From: Callorhinchus milii
Lineage: Eukaryota
Assembly: GCF_018977255.1 (NCBI RefSeq)
Contig: NW_024704743.1
Span: 42,410,001 to 42,474,000, forward strand
Length of the DNA: 64,000 bases
Reading direction: 5' to 3'
This document shows, piece after piece, positions 1 to 13,310 of the stretch. The first letter of the stretch is position 1. Each line of letters starts with the position of its first letter. The notes under the pieces were generated by a model, which saw nothing but the letters and a program-made list of their open reading frames with translations, searched no databases and was not told the DNA's origin. The position numbers and the translations under genes are program-made.

Positions 1-274
1 GGCACAACCTGCTCAGGGAGCACCCACCGGTTAGCCCACGAGGCACCCAAAACTGACTGAAGTAAGGATACAGAAGGACGCTCAAGATGTAACCAAAGAG
101 CGTCCCAAAAATGGATGTACAGTAAACATGTGCACGTACGGTACACACCGGGTGCCTTCCCAAAGCAGCAAGTGTACACATTACATACGTACACACTTCC
201 TCTGCATATGGAAGTGTACACATTAAAAGCCAATTCGCTCTCTAGCAAGATCCTTAACAATGGGGTCACTCAGG

Positions 275-400
275 ATCTAGCTATAGAGGTGTCCACAGTT
301 AATATCAGGCCATATATAGAGGTATTGTTAATGTTAGGATATATATAGAGATGATCACTGCTAATATCAGGTTATATATAGATGTACTAACTATTAATAT
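275..400. repeat. Degenerate ~30 bp tandem repeat
   Basis: Recurring 'gttaatatcagg..atatatagag' units, with more copies near 620-680. Confidence 0.6.
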
Positions 401-1754
401 AACTATGATTAGAAGCTCCCTAGCAGGACAAGCACCAAGCAGCTTGCCTGGCAGTGCTCTCTATGACAAGCTACATGATATTAGATGGTCAAACTCCAGC
501 AGCACCCCATTGAACACTTGAGGGTCTCAAATAGGAATTACAATCCTGGGAATACTGATTCGGTGCTTTGACATGTTTTGATGGCATGATAAGGCACTAT
601 ATCATATGTAAAGATTGTTGTTATATAGTTATTATTAACATTAAGCTATATATAGGTGGCACTGTTAATATTGGGCTGTGCATCGATGCTTGATGCTATT
701 ACCAGGATATACAAAGATCCTTATTGCTATTCAGCTGCTCCTGACTGCTCCTGTGAAAATGTTTGATCACAGGATTGCATCAACCACAGTAAAAATCAAG
801 ATAATGTGCATATGTAGGACAATGCTCCTTCCCCCTTCGCCCCTCTCTCACTGCTCGGTGTCCATCCCGCCAGTGTAAAGCTCTGAGACATTATCCTACA
901 TGAAGGACGCTATATAATGCAAATTGTTGTTGTCTGTTTGATGCTGGATTGAAGTTGTATTTTGCTCGCAGCTTTGTGTCTTTCCGTGGGTTGGTTTTGT
1001 GAAGTTATAAAACACAACTTACAGTAGCTGACATTTATATATTCCCAGAACCTAGATAGTGGCAAACAGTAAGAAATGATTTTCTATGTAAATTAGATGT
1101 AATACGTTTTACTTGAAACTGCTTCTTTCAGCTTCCTCCTCCTGAATGTTGGTAAATAATTGGTGAGTTGTTATTCATGGTGCTGCTATGCACCAACAGA
1201 GCAGCATCTGAATGCGGGCCTGTATCCAGATATCAATGCTGCTTCATCAGTCTTGACAATAGCAGCCACTGTCACACAGAGACATTCTTCAGTGCCTTGC
1301 ATTGATTGTTGAAGACATGGCTTAGGAATAACATGGGGAAGGTCTGAATCACATGAGTGGCTTTTCGCATCCATATTTACATGAAAATTCATATGAAAAG
1401 ATTTTGCCCAAATCCAAGACAAGACACCTTCCATTTTAAAGTTTGAAATAGGATACAATACGAGCTATTCTGTGAGTTCCGCCTCACCCAAACCTACAGT
1501 TCCATGTATTATTAGTCTGTAAGCAATTTTTTTGTTTATTTCTGCTCGTCAATGAATTTGTCATTGAATGTACAGTCAAAGGTAGCATGTGCTTATTATA
1601 AATACTTGGGTTTGTCCCATTCCAAGTGAATGCCGACAATTACAGCAAATGTACGTACAGGAAGAAAATAACCAGATATCCTTCAGGACTTTCAAGAAGC
1701 TTTACCTGTTTGTTCCACTTTGTTACCTATTCATCCGGACCTTATAAATACCTG

Positions 1755-2000
1755 ACACTTCCAATTCCTTCCACACCACTATCCAGAATTCTGCAGCCAG
1801 TGTCCTCTCCCACACCAGGCTCCATGAGCCTAACACCCACATCCTCACTCAGCACTCCATCCCCACTGGATCGAATTGAAAATCCTCACTCTTAACTTTG
1901 AATCCTTCGATGGCCTCACTCCACCTTTCCTTTTTGACCTCCTACACCCAACCACTCCCTCCACTCAGTGAAAACTGAGGATGGCACTATATAAATGTAA
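1755..2000 (+). mobile_element. Old L2 fragment
   Basis: 'atccagaattctgcagcc...aaaatcctcactcttaactttgaatcc' matches the other L2 copies in the window. Confidence 0.6.
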
Positions 2001-2019
2001 ACTCCCTCATTATATAAAG

Positions 2020-2165
2020 GCACTGTCCAGTGCAGCCCTGAGCCATACAGACCAGAGAGTTGCAGTATTCAGTGTCAAAGTCACAGATGAATAATAGCCA
2101 CTAAGCCATTTGGACAAAGTACTGTAGGGTAAATGGTGCTTTACATCCAAATAGAAGAAAAAAAA
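2020..2165 (+). mobile_element. LF-SINE-like relic
   Basis: 'cactgtccagtgcagccctgagccatacagaccag' resembles the LF-SINE head; a related piece lies at 58838-58920. Confidence 0.45.
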
Positions 2166-2360
2166 CAATAAGGGATGAAATTGCAGGAAATAACCTGGCA
2201 GGGAAATGTTAGAAAAATCATTCTAGTTTTCTTTGACTGACGTGGGTGTAATCCGGCCTGCGAGGAGCATGACCAACATTCCAGACAAATGGTGCAAACT
2301 TACTGCTTTCATTGTTCTGGTAAAGAACGAGAGCTTTGCACAGGAGAAAGTCTACTTGAC

Positions 2361-2706
2361 ATAATAATAATAATAATCCTTGCATTTTATATAGCACCTT
2401 ATCACTTTTTTGAGACGTTTCAAAGCCACTTCACAGTATATTTTGTGGGTGAAACATAGCAGCCAGTTGCACACAGCAGTGTCTCACAAACAGTAGTGGA
2501 TTGAGTCACTACATTTTTTTTAAATTTGGAGGAATTATTACCGCTACAGCAATCTGCCAATCGACTAATGACCGGGTTTCTACTTACTGCTAGATAAACA
2601 GAGGTGTGTGGAGTAAGGAAACTTGCCCAATGTTTTGCCCTGCCAGGAATCGAACCCAGGTCCTTTCGCTTGCGAGGCGAGTGCTCTAACCACTAAGCTA
2701 CAGGAC
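2361..2706 (-). mobile_element. tRNA-derived SINE, long-centre form
   Basis: Minus-strand head gtcctgtagcttagtggttagagc (A box) and ggttcgattcc (B box), L2-like tail, (tta)n end. Confidence 0.9.
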
Positions 2707-3115
2707 ATAAACTTCTTACAGCCTATTGAAGTACAAAGGAGTCACGAGAAAAACAGTGTTGTAAGGAAGGAGTGAGATTGTAAAATCGTAAAATGGGTAT
2801 CAAAAGAACTGAACTCTTTAAACAGATAAATTAGCTCTTAAGAATTGATACTTTAATCTCCTAAATGCCCCCCAAAAACATAAATCATCCTGGATATCTG
2901 GCAAGCAATTAAGCACTACTTTCACCATTTCAATTCAGTTAAGCGGCTTGTAAATGCAGTGTAGTTGCTGGAAGAGCTAAATACAGGCAGGAGAACAGTG
3001 TGAGACATCTCCAGTCACTGGACAGTTCATTGATAGCAAAATAATGAAAATCAACCTTCTATTTCAATTGTCAGATAATTACACAGAATACTATTCTATG
3101 TCTATTAAATTGGTA

Positions 3116-3302
3116 CAGTGAAACTCGATAACTCACGCCTAGGCTAAGTCATCAACTCCACATAACTAGTTACTCACTCACTATCCCGGATATTTGAGTA
3201 CTTTGTATTTTTGAGATACTGTACTTTGGATAACTAGTCAACTCTCACAAGTAGTCATTTAAGCTATTTCCCTTGGGGTGATGAGTTATCAGAGTTTCAC
3301 TC
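3116..3302. mobile_element. Tc1/mariner-pogo (Tigger-like) MITE
   Basis: TIRs cagtgaaactcgataactc and gagttatcagagtttcactc, flanked by TA on both sides (3114-3115, 3303-3304). Confidence 0.8.
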
Positions 3303-3507
3303 TATTTTCTTAGTATTGGGAATTGTGTACCAGTGGGAATTGGGAACCAATAGAAGTCCAAGCAATATTACACATGTGGGGAATAGAAGTATATTAAGGT
3401 AATTGTGAAGCAATTTTAAATCCCAGCTAGACACCAGAACAGAGTAACTTACTAGGTGATTGTGCATTAACAGAGTTATTTTGTTTATGAGAAAGCACTT
3501 TGTAATT

Positions 3508-3830
3508 CACCTCCACCTACTCCTCAGGTGTGGTATGCTTTTTTTNACCTGCCAGTCCCACCGTTGGCGGCCGAGCTTTCAGCCTTTCTGCCCCCACCCT
3601 CTGGAACTCCAATCCAGGAGTCCCTTCAACTTACCCCTACCTTGCCTTCTTCAAAGCTCGTCTCAAGACCTTCAGTTCCTTCAGTTATCCTCCCACCCAC
3701 ACTCCCCTTTGACCTCCACCCCTCTTTATTTCCATCCCCAGTTTAGGTACAAACGTTTGACTATCCAGCACCTTGGGCTGTCCTCCCGACATGAAAGCTG
3801 CTATACAAATGCAATTTGCAATTTGTTGTT
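3508..3830 (+). mobile_element. L2 3' fragment
   Basis: TVGGRAFS..APTLWNS...FKARLKT motif plus L2 tail ending in ttgttgtt. Confidence 0.8.
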
Positions 3831-3989
3831 TTAATCCTTGTGCCAATGTAACAAAGAATATAACATATCACTAGGGTGATATGTTATATTCATTATTACC
3901 AGTTTAGTTAATTACAATACATTTCAAGATTTATTTCTAAATGCTTTCTATTTTAATATTAAAAACTTGTTATTTCCTGTTGCTTCTAG

Positions 3990-4155
3990 AAATTGCCAGA
4001 ATCTAAGTGTCAGCCAGCTTGCAGAAAGTTTGAAGAACCTGCAATTTGCAAATGGAACAAAAGGCTAGCCGGCGAGAGAGAGCCGACTGACTGATAATTG
4101 GAGCGCATCCAATAAAGCCCTGATACACTCTGAGGCTATCAGCTCAGGAGGGACA
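3990..4155 (+). other. 5' UTR part of the first coding exon of the cadherin gene
   Basis: Polypyrimidine tract and acceptor 'tatttcctgttgcttctag|' ending 3989, upstream of the ATG at 4156. Type II cadherins usually have upstream non-coding exons, which would lie outside this window. Confidence 0.6.
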
Positions 4156-4377
4156 ATGTCAAGGTCCAGCTGCTGGGTGTTACTGCTGCTCTGGGTCTGT
4201 TTGCCAGAGCCCAGCCACCTATCCCCACTATTGAAAAGGACTACTGAAGAGCTGGAACACAATGGATCTACTGATGGGAAGATGTCTGTGCTGCACCGCT
4301 CCAAACGAGGCTGGATGTGGAACCAATTCTTTTTGCTTGAGGAGTACACAGGGTCAGATCCCCAGTACGTGGGCAAG
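4156..4377 (+). CDS. CDH10: Type II cadherin (CDH10-like; CDH6/9/10 clade), coding exon 1: signal peptide, prodomain, furin site, start of EC1
   Basis: [17 protein letters not shown]...[33 protein letters not shown] convertase site (4297-4308) and the type II W2/W4 adhesion motif. Donor 'AAG|gtaagc' at 4378, phase 0. 'WVCLP' and 'DGK..LHR' resemble the CDH10 prodomain; paralog assignment is tentative. Confidence 0.9.
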
Positions 4378-5995
4378 GTAAGCTTTGAAAAACTCTTTTA
4401 GTAATAACTTAATCTTTAATGTGTGAACCTTGTACAGCAATTAGGATTGTAAATATTATATTAAAATGGACTTGTGGATCTAAACAAGCAACAACTACTG
4501 AGAGTAATTAGCAAAGCATCACGTCAACCTGAGACTCGATTCTGGAAGTCAATCATGTTGGAGGGGAGTTCCTGCTGGTTGGTGTGCCATATTTCTGGTT
4601 ACCAGTACCTGACGGTATTTCATGATTCCTGTTACCTTTTAGACTTCACAATCATCAAACTGAGGTAATAAAACACACCATTTAGGTGGGCTCAGATATA
4701 AACCCAGTGTGTAACTCTTATTTTGTATTCCTGTATTGCACAAACCTGGGTGAGCGTCCAGTGGAATATTTTCACATTGTTAAATGAACCGATAAGATCA
4801 GAACTAGCGACAGAAATATAAATTCAATAAGATGTGTGCCTCTCTAAGCTCTAGCTCCACTTAATCAACCTTGTAATTCCCGTTTCTCCTTTAATCAGTG
4901 GCTAGTAATAATTGTCACTCTCTACAGTGTGCCGTGAACACAAATCAAATCTTAGTGTTCTCTTATTACTATGATCAGAACAATAGAATATGCATGTGTG
5001 CTGTATGCTTACTTCTTAAAACAGATTATTGCAACATTCTCCCAGGTGAATTGAACAACCTCACAGAGCTCCCTTACTTCTCCGCTGATGCTCTTTACGG
5101 TCTGTTTTTTGACAAGGGTAATTAACTTATCACCTCCACCAAAAGACGACAATTTACTGTCGCAACCACCTGAAGATTTAAAAATAGCCATATAACATAG
5201 TGACTGCTTGGTATCTACCATGGCATTTCAGATAGAGGCCCTCTAATCGTTCAATCTTGAACTATTTATTACTGTATCATAAGCGTTTCGCTCACAAAAT
5301 ACACAGTCAATCCACTTCACAATATATTCTGTGAAGCACTTTGAGAAGTCTCAGCATTGTGACAAGGCAAGGATTATTATTATTATTATTTCAGGCTATA
5401 ATGTTTTGTCTATGGCTTTGTATACAGTAAAGGTCCTTCCTGCCACTCAAGGCAGTAAGCTGGGCAACGCCTCTGATTGCTGCACCTGCCATGTCTTTTT
5501 GTTTCAAGTGGGCTGAACCCACGACAGTCAGACCCTTTTTAAACGCAGTAATTTGTAGTCTTAATAATAACCATTGCTTTTGAATTGGTGCCTTTAATGT
5601 CAAACGTCTCAATCAGAGTTATTTGTGAAGTGTGGACATATGCAGCTAATTTGCACACAGCACTTGCCGGTTGGAGGAATTCTAAAAAGCAGCAACTGTT
5701 TCACAAAGACAATATGATCTGCCTACAGCGATTGTCATTGTAACCCCACAATGCAATCACGCGAATGAGCTGTGAAGAAGGATTAGAAACGGTCTGGAAA
5801 AAGGAATTTAGAAAAAGAAATTTCATGGAATTACAACGTTAATGTTAAACATTATTTAACATTGTTAATGATTGAAAAATGCAGGACATTTCTTCAAAGT
5901 AAATCAAGCAAGCTGGAGCAGAGAACGTAATTGAAAATAGGTGAAAAGTAATTTTCACAACCCTTAAGTTCTTATGTCTTAATGCTGTGTGTGTT

Positions 5996-6024
5996 GAGAG
6001 AGACAGTGAGAGAGAGAGAGAGAG
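5996..6024. repeat. (GA)n microsatellite
   Basis: gagagagacagtgagagagagagagagag. Confidence 0.8.
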
Positions 6025-7427
6025 TTTAACCAATCATGCCAACAAAAGCAGCAGGTCAAATTGCTGGGGGCAGGAATGCATGCTGTTTAATTCACCAGTA
6101 TCACGACAAACAAGTAGGATTATGCTTTAACAATTGTTTTCTTCCAATTTTCTCCATTCTCATGAAGGCATTGGACTTTTTTTCGTTCTCCTGAGGCAAG
6201 GTTCCACAATAGCCACTCGAGTAACCATTCATGTGTGAGCTTTGAAAGCGAGCATCATATCTCTTTGCCAAAGTCTCTCACCTGAGGATCTGGGGTAAAG
6301 CAGCTGGTGTTGAATACACCTTGTATACAACATTGGACTTGGACCTCTAGAACATCAAGTGCTGGCACATCACAAACTGTCCTATATAATTCCTTCCACC
6401 ACTCCGAAAAGCAGTAGCTAGAGTCTAGAGTTGTAAACACACTCATATATCCAGAGTTTGGTGTCTGCTTTAATTGGTATGCAGAGAGATAAGCGGGGTC
6501 TTCTTGAAGCTGACCTGCTTCCAAGATGATGTGCTTGGCAACAGAATGTCAGAATCGAGTCAATCCTCTATGACAGTCTCAGTAATCCAATTCCAGCGCC
6601 AGGTGGGTCTGCAATACTCCAGGGTCCTGCTGATGACAGACCAGCCAGCCTGGCTCATCAGCAAAACATGGAAGGACAGATCAATCACCGGGAGCAGGGA
6701 TTCTTCCCATTTAGCTCTCGCTAGCCTTGCAAGCCAAAACCCTAACAGGTCGGGTGGTCCTAGCTGGACAAGCAGCGGGAATCTTTATTTGGAATATTGA
6801 CAAAGATTACAAAGATCTTTCAGAACTTATTTTTAAAGGTACGAATGCGATTCAGATAAGCAATTATAAACTTGAACCTTGCCTTCTGGACCAGCGACAA
6901 GTCCACTATATTTAATGTACAATGTATTCTGTGCCATCGTCTGCTACCTCCTAGTCCATTTTAGAAAATGAAACTATTACGAGCTGACATAATTAAACCA
7001 AATAAATATATTTAGTAGCTGGAACAGTTAAATAGAATAAACGGAGCACACATTCCACATGCTCGGAAATTTCTTAGACAAATCTTATCAATGAAAGTGC
7101 AAAAGCTGATTTGAAGTGTAGAATCCTTGGCCCATCTGATTCCCAATTTATCCTGTCAATATTGTATGGCTGAAGCTCACAAACCTTGGCATTGCTTTCC
7201 TTCCATTAGCTACCAGATAATGACAGGGTGACAGTTTTGTCCAAAATACTGCTCTCCACAGTTGAATTAAGGTATATTTTGGGGTTTAAAAGCCCAAATG
7301 TGATCATTGGGATGGGATATTTCAGCAATGTGTAATGTACCTCCAAATCATTGGAAGTAATATTTTTGTTAAGACGAAGACATGATTCCATTCAGGACAG
7401 TAAGAAACGATGCAAGTTTATTAGAAT

Positions 7428-7850
7428 TACAACAGCAACTTGCAATTGTATAGCGCCTTCCAAGCAGGGTAGTGTCTCAGAGCACTTAACAGTGGCAGAG
7501 CCTGACTCCGAGCCGGTTGGAGGGGGTGGAGGTGGCCGTAAGCACGGTTGAGGTGGAGGGGGAAGGCTTTCAGGTGGGACTTGATAAAGGGAAGAGGGGG
7601 GCAAGGCAGAGGGATTGATGAAGTTTCTGAGCTTAGTGATTGAAAGCACAACCACCAGTGGTGGGGCGGAGGGTACGAGGAACGAGCAGGAGGCCGGTGC
7701 CAGTCGAGGGGAGGCACCGGTTGGTGATTTGGGGTGTGAGGAGGTCGGAGAGGTAGGGAGGTGCCAGAGAGTGAAGGGATTTGAACACAAGTGTGAGGAT
7801 CTTGAAGTCGATCCTTTCGATGATAGGGAGCCAGTGAAGCCTGGCTTTAT
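7428..7850 (-). mobile_element. L2 3' fragment
   Basis: LHWLPIIERIDFKILTLVFKSLHSLAPPYLSDLL on the minus strand plus L2 tail. Confidence 0.85.
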
Positions 7851-8962
7851 AAAGTTCATTAAGCAAGCTCTACATATATTTTTAACTTTTAGCCCTTAAG
7901 TACTATATTTACAGTGCTCATTTTGAAGAAAGAACATACATTTGTGTAGTGCCTTATCACGTCAAAACATCTCAAAGTGCTGCATAAGTAATTACTGGTA
8001 AGTGTAAATAAATGAAACATTATTATATGTAAGTCCCATAGAATGCTAAATGGCATTTGAGGATGGTTTAATTGTCCCCTGACAGTTACGTCAGGTTGGC
8101 TTTTAGTGCTTTTCAGAGGTGTTTCAGCTCTTGGAAATGGCTTGAATGTCAATTTAGTTTAAATTATTAGGGTTGTTGCACATTTAGCTGTGAATCAAAA
8201 GTAACTCAGAATATCGATAAAAGGCAGCTTCTGAATATTCCTAAAAATAGTAGATGTTATTCAGGTGGTATTAAAATCAATGCCAGCTCCAGCAGTAACC
8301 ATGCTTTGTTGAGAATGCCGAGTAATATAAAAATAATGCCATCAAGATTGTGCCAATGCAATGATTGTGGCACATAATTTTCAAATGCCTCGTCTTTTCA
8401 AAACTCTGACATATGCTGCAACTCATTGTGCCTGCACATCACAACAAATCACAATGTTTACTTATTGTCTTTTGATCTATTGATGGTGCTAAAAGATTCA
8501 ATCAATGAGTATAGAATTAGAGTGATGTGGCAGGCAGGTTGCCATGTATTGGGATTCCAAGTTGCAGAGTCATATGAAATGGTGAGTTCACTGCTTTTCT
8601 GCCAGGCACAGAGTGAGGCCACACTGAAAGGATAGAAAGTGGAAATGTGAGTTCTTTCAGGTTAATTTCGTGTAAATATTGACATCTAGATATTGGTAGA
8701 AGTCCTAAACCAGGCAGCTCTAACCACCTTCTCCACTTAGTAGGGACAGAGAGAAAATATCATAAGATTCCCATTGCCCCAATTGTTATCTTTTCACAAT
8801 GTCTTCCCGTTTTTAGAGAATCATGCTATTTCTTTAATGAGTCCAATGGCCTGACCTCTACACCATTCCTGGCAAACCATTCAAGCTGTTAATTACTCTC
8901 TATTGCTCCACATTTACTTTCTCAATCTTAAGCTATTCCACATTTTATAATAACAAAAACAC

Positions 8963-9175
8963 ATTAATAATAATAATAATCTTTGCATTTGATATAGCGC
9001 CTTATCAAGTCTTCTAGACCTCTCAAAGCGTTTCACAGAATATAATGTAAAGTGAGTTGACTGTATATTTGTGGGTGAAATGCGGCAGCCAATTGCGTAC
9101 AGCAGTGTCCCACAAACAGTCGTGATTTGAAGTGACCAATTTATTATTGTTTTATTTTCTTGAGGGATTATTGCT
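8963..9175 (-). mobile_element. tRNA-derived SINE, 5'-truncated
   Basis: (taa)n followed by the shared body 'cagccaattgcgtacagcagtgtcccacaaacagtcg'. Confidence 0.85.
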
Positions 9176-9279
9176 GTTAGTCTAAACTATATAACATTTC
9201 TGTTAGTCTAAACTATATAACAAAAACACTAACAAAATACTAACGAGAAACTAACAAAAAACTTTTTTTAAAAAACCCT

Positions 9280-12200
9280 AAAATACAGAGTGAGAGAGGA
9301 GAGAATGATGTGGCAGGTGATGTGGTGAGGACTGCAGTATGTGGGAATTAACGGAGGGCAGCCTGAGCCCGGGTGACGTCATCTGCAGCAAGTGTCTGCA
9401 ACTGAGGAAGCTCCAGCTCAGAGTAGCAGAGCTGGAATCCGAGCTGCAGACATTGCGCAGCATTAGGGAAGGTGATCTAGTAGCCATTACTGAGACGTGG
9501 TTACAGGGAGATCAAGGGTGGGAGCTAAATATTCCGGGGTATTCGGCATATAGGAAAGATAGACAATGTGGAAAACAAGGGGGGGGGGGTAGCCCTGCTA
9601 ATAAAGGATGGGATTAAAAACAGTAGAGAGGAAGGATTTTAAATCAGAAAATCAGGATGTAGTGTCAGTATGGGTGGAATTACGAAACAATAAGGGGCAG
9701 AAAACATTAGTGGGAGTAGTTTATAGACCCCCAGACAGCAGTTACAGTATTGCGCAGAATATTAACCAGGAAATTAGAGGAGGATGTAGCAAGGGGAATA
9801 CACTAACAGTGGGTGATTTTAATCTTCATATAGACTGGGAAAACCAAATTGGCAAAAGTAAATTAGAGGATGAGTTTATAGAATGCATTAGAGATAGTTT
9901 TCTAGAGCAGTATGCTGAGGAGCCAACCAGGGAACAGGTTATCCTACACCTTGTTTTTTGTAATGATACAGGGCTAATCAGCAATCTGGAAGTTAAGGCT
10001 CCTCTAGGGCAGAGTGACCATAACATGATGGAATTTAGAATTAAATTAGAGAGTGATGTAGTTAAGACCGAAGCAAAGGGCTTAAATTTAAACAGAGCCA
10101 ACTTTGCAGGTTTGAGAGAGGATTTAGCTAAAATAGACTGGGGAATTAGATTAAAGGATATGACAGTAGACCAGCTAGGGTAAACCTTTAAAGATATAGT
10201 ACATAATTCTCAGCGATCACATATTCCCTTGAGGAATAAAAATGCCACAGGAAAAGTGGTTCAACCATGGCTAACTGGAGCAGTTAGGGAAAGTATAAAA
10301 TTAAAAGAACAGACCTATAACACTGCCAAAAAGAGCAGTAAACCCGAGGATAAGGAGGGCTTCAGAGACTAACAAAGAAAAGCTAAGAAACTGATTAGGA
10401 GGGAGAAAATGGATTATAAGGGCAAACTAGCTAGAAACATAAATACAGACTGCAAGAGTTTTTACAAATACATAAAGAGGAAGAGACTATCAAAAGTGAA
10501 TGTGGGTCCATTACAGGCAAAGACAGGAGGAATTATAGTGGGCGATAAAGATATGACAGTGTCATTAAACAAACACTTTGCTTTTGTCTTCACATTAGAA
10601 GACACTAAAAACTTACCAAAAATAGAGGGAACTAAGAAGCTAATGTTAGTGAGCAACTTAGGGAAATTAACATCAGTAAAGAATTAGTACTGGGGAAACT
10701 GTTGGGATTGAAAAATGACAAATCCCCTGGACCTGATGGCCTGCATCCTAGGGTTTTAAAAGAGGTGGCTGCAGAGATAGTGGATGCTTTGTTTTTGATC
10801 TTCCAAAATTCCCTGGATTCTGGAATAGTTCCCATTGATTGGAAGATCACAAACGTAACAACATATTTAAGAAGGGTGGGAGAGAGAAGTTGGGGAACTA
10901 TAAACCAGTTAGTCTGACATCGGTGATAGGGAAAATTCTAGAATCCTTAATTAGGGACGTCGTCGTGGGGCACTTAGAAAATCATAACATGATTAGACAG
11001 AGTCAACATGGCTTTACAAAAGGGAAGTCATGTTTAACAAATCTTTTAGAGTTTTTTGAGGATGTAACTAGCAGGTTAGATAGGGGGAACCAGTAGATGT
11101 GGTGTATTTAGATTTTCAGAAGGCATTCGACAAGGTGCCACATAAAAGGCTGTTACATAAGATTAGAGCCCATGGAATTAAAGGCAATATATTAGCATGG
11201 ATCGAAGAGTGGCTAATGGGAAGAAAACAGAGAGTAGGGATAAACAGGTCCTTCTCAGATTGGCGGGATGTGACTGGTGGAATGCCGCAAGGATTAGTGC
11301 TTGGGCCTCAACTATTTACAATCTATATCAATGATCTAGACGAGGAGATAGAACTTAAAATATCTAAATTCGCAGATGATACTAAGCTAGGTGGGAGAGT
11401 AAGCTCTGAGGATGACACAACAAGATTGCAAAGGGATATAGATAGGCTAGGTGAGTGGACAATAAGGTGGCAGATGGAATGTAATGTGGGGAAGTGTGAA
11501 GTTATTCTCTTAGGTAGTAAAAACAGAAAAGCAGATTATTTTCTAGAGGGGGAGAGACTAGATAGTGTTAGTGTTCAGAGGGATTTGGGTCTCCTTGTAC
11601 AGCTGTTCACAAAAAGTTAGTATGCAGGTACAGCAAGCAACTGGGAAGGTTAATGGCATCTTGATGTTTATTGCAAAAGGGTTAGAATACAAGAGTAGGG
11701 AAGTCTTGCTGCAACTGTATAGGGCCTTGGTGAGACCACACCTAGAATATTGTGTGCAGTTTTGGTCTTATTTAAGAAAGGACATACTCACCTTAGAGGG
11801 GGTGCAGCGTAGATTCACTTGGTTAATTCCTGGGATGAGGGGGTTGACCAATGAGGAGCGGTTGAGTAAACTAGGCCTATATTCTCTAGAATATAGAAAA
11901 AATAGGGGTGATCTTATAGAAATATATAAGATTCTTATGGGGCTTGACAGAGTATACAGTTTAAGACTGTTTCCCCTAATCTATAACTGGGGGTCACAGT
12001 CTTAAGATGCCTTTTTGAACAGAGTTGAGAAAACACTTCTCCACTCAGAGAGTAGTGAATTTATAGAATTCTCTACCCCAGAAGGCTGTAGATGCTCAGT
12101 CCTTGAACATATTCAAGACTGAGATTGATAGATTTCTAAAGGATAGAGGGATTAAGGGATATGGGGATAAGGCGGGCAGATGAAATTAGGTTAGAAGATC

Positions 12201-12280
12201 AGCCATGATCTTATTGAATGGTGGGGAAGGCTCGAGGGGCCGAATGGCCTTCTCCTGCTCCTAATTCCTATGTTCCTATA
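9280..12280 (+). mobile_element. CR1-family LINE, internally deleted and frameshifted
   Basis: ORF1-like zinc-finger/coiled-coil (MWE...CSKCLQL...ELE), AP endonuclease motifs (AITETW, GVVYRPP, GDFN, SDHN), RT motifs (KSPGPDG, QHGF, LDFQKAFDKV, PQG..LGP, KFADD) and CR1 3' end 'gggccgaatggccttctcctgctcctaattcctatgttccta'. Confidence 0.92.
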
Positions 12281-12599
12281 ACCCATTATGAAGGCTTCCC
12301 ACATGACTGTCAAATTAGCGTGAAATCAGTAGGAGTTAAAGTAATTCTTGTTTGGAGATTATACAGTAAAAAATACTAAAAGCAAGTTTTAATTTTCAAA
12401 GACTGATGTCCAAGGTCAAGGAATAATAGTAATTCTTGAATTTAACATACAGCAGCACCTTATCACTTCAAAATATCTCAAAGCACTTCACAGAGGTTCT
12501 TATATAAATTTAACAAGAACAAATTACTCAGGTGGGTTACCAGGTTTTGCAAGTGTGTTTTATCCTCAAGAGTGAATAGAAGAGCAAAGGTCACAAGAT

Positions 12600-13310
12600 T
12601 GGTCTGGACGAAGAGGGCCGTTCGGCTCATCTGATCTCATCTCTGCAGAACTCGCAATCTACTGCACCTCATCGTTGCATTAAGCTGCTTTTTGAATGAG
12701 TCTGGTTTCCTGGCCTCTCGCATCTTTCCTGGCAGTCTGTTCCAGTCCTTGAGTACCCTCTGCATAAAGAAAAACATCCTGGTATCTCTCCTGAAATTGC
12801 CCTTTGCAACTGTAAATCCACGTCCTCTTGTTTTCCTGTCATGATACATCCCGAAGTATTGATCTGGGTTTACTTTTTCAACTTTTTTAATTTTGTACAC
12901 CTCTATAAAGTCCCTTCTGAGCCGTCTTCTTTCAAAACTGAAGAGCCTTAGCTTATCTACCGTTGTTCATAGCTGATTCCTCTAACATTGGGGACCATTC
13001 TCTTTGCTCTCCTCTGCACCACACCTAGGGCATAGACAGCCCCCTTATGTCACAGTAGCCAGAGCTGCACGCAGTATTCAAAGTGTGGTCTGATCAGAGA
13101 ATAATCTGAGAATAACATCTGGGGATCTAAACTCGCCCCTTTAGCAATACAGCCCAGCATTCTGTTTGCCTTGTTTATCGCTGCTTCACATTGTTTTGAC
13201 AGAGTGAGTGATGACTCAACTACAATAACCCCCCTAGAACTCTTTCAGCTTCACGCTTACTAGGTTCAATCCCATTCATGGAGTAATTGCATTACAACAC
13301 TTTTTTGCCC
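12600..13310 (-). mobile_element. CR1-family LINE 3' fragment
   Basis: Minus-strand ORF2 C-terminus (KTRG..F...FFMQRVLKDWNRLP) followed by a CR1-type 3' UTR. Confidence 0.75.

Noticed and set aside
6250..6800. Possible old non-LTR fragment (minus-strand LEYCRPTW-like motif)
   Set aside because: Too degenerate to classify by eye.
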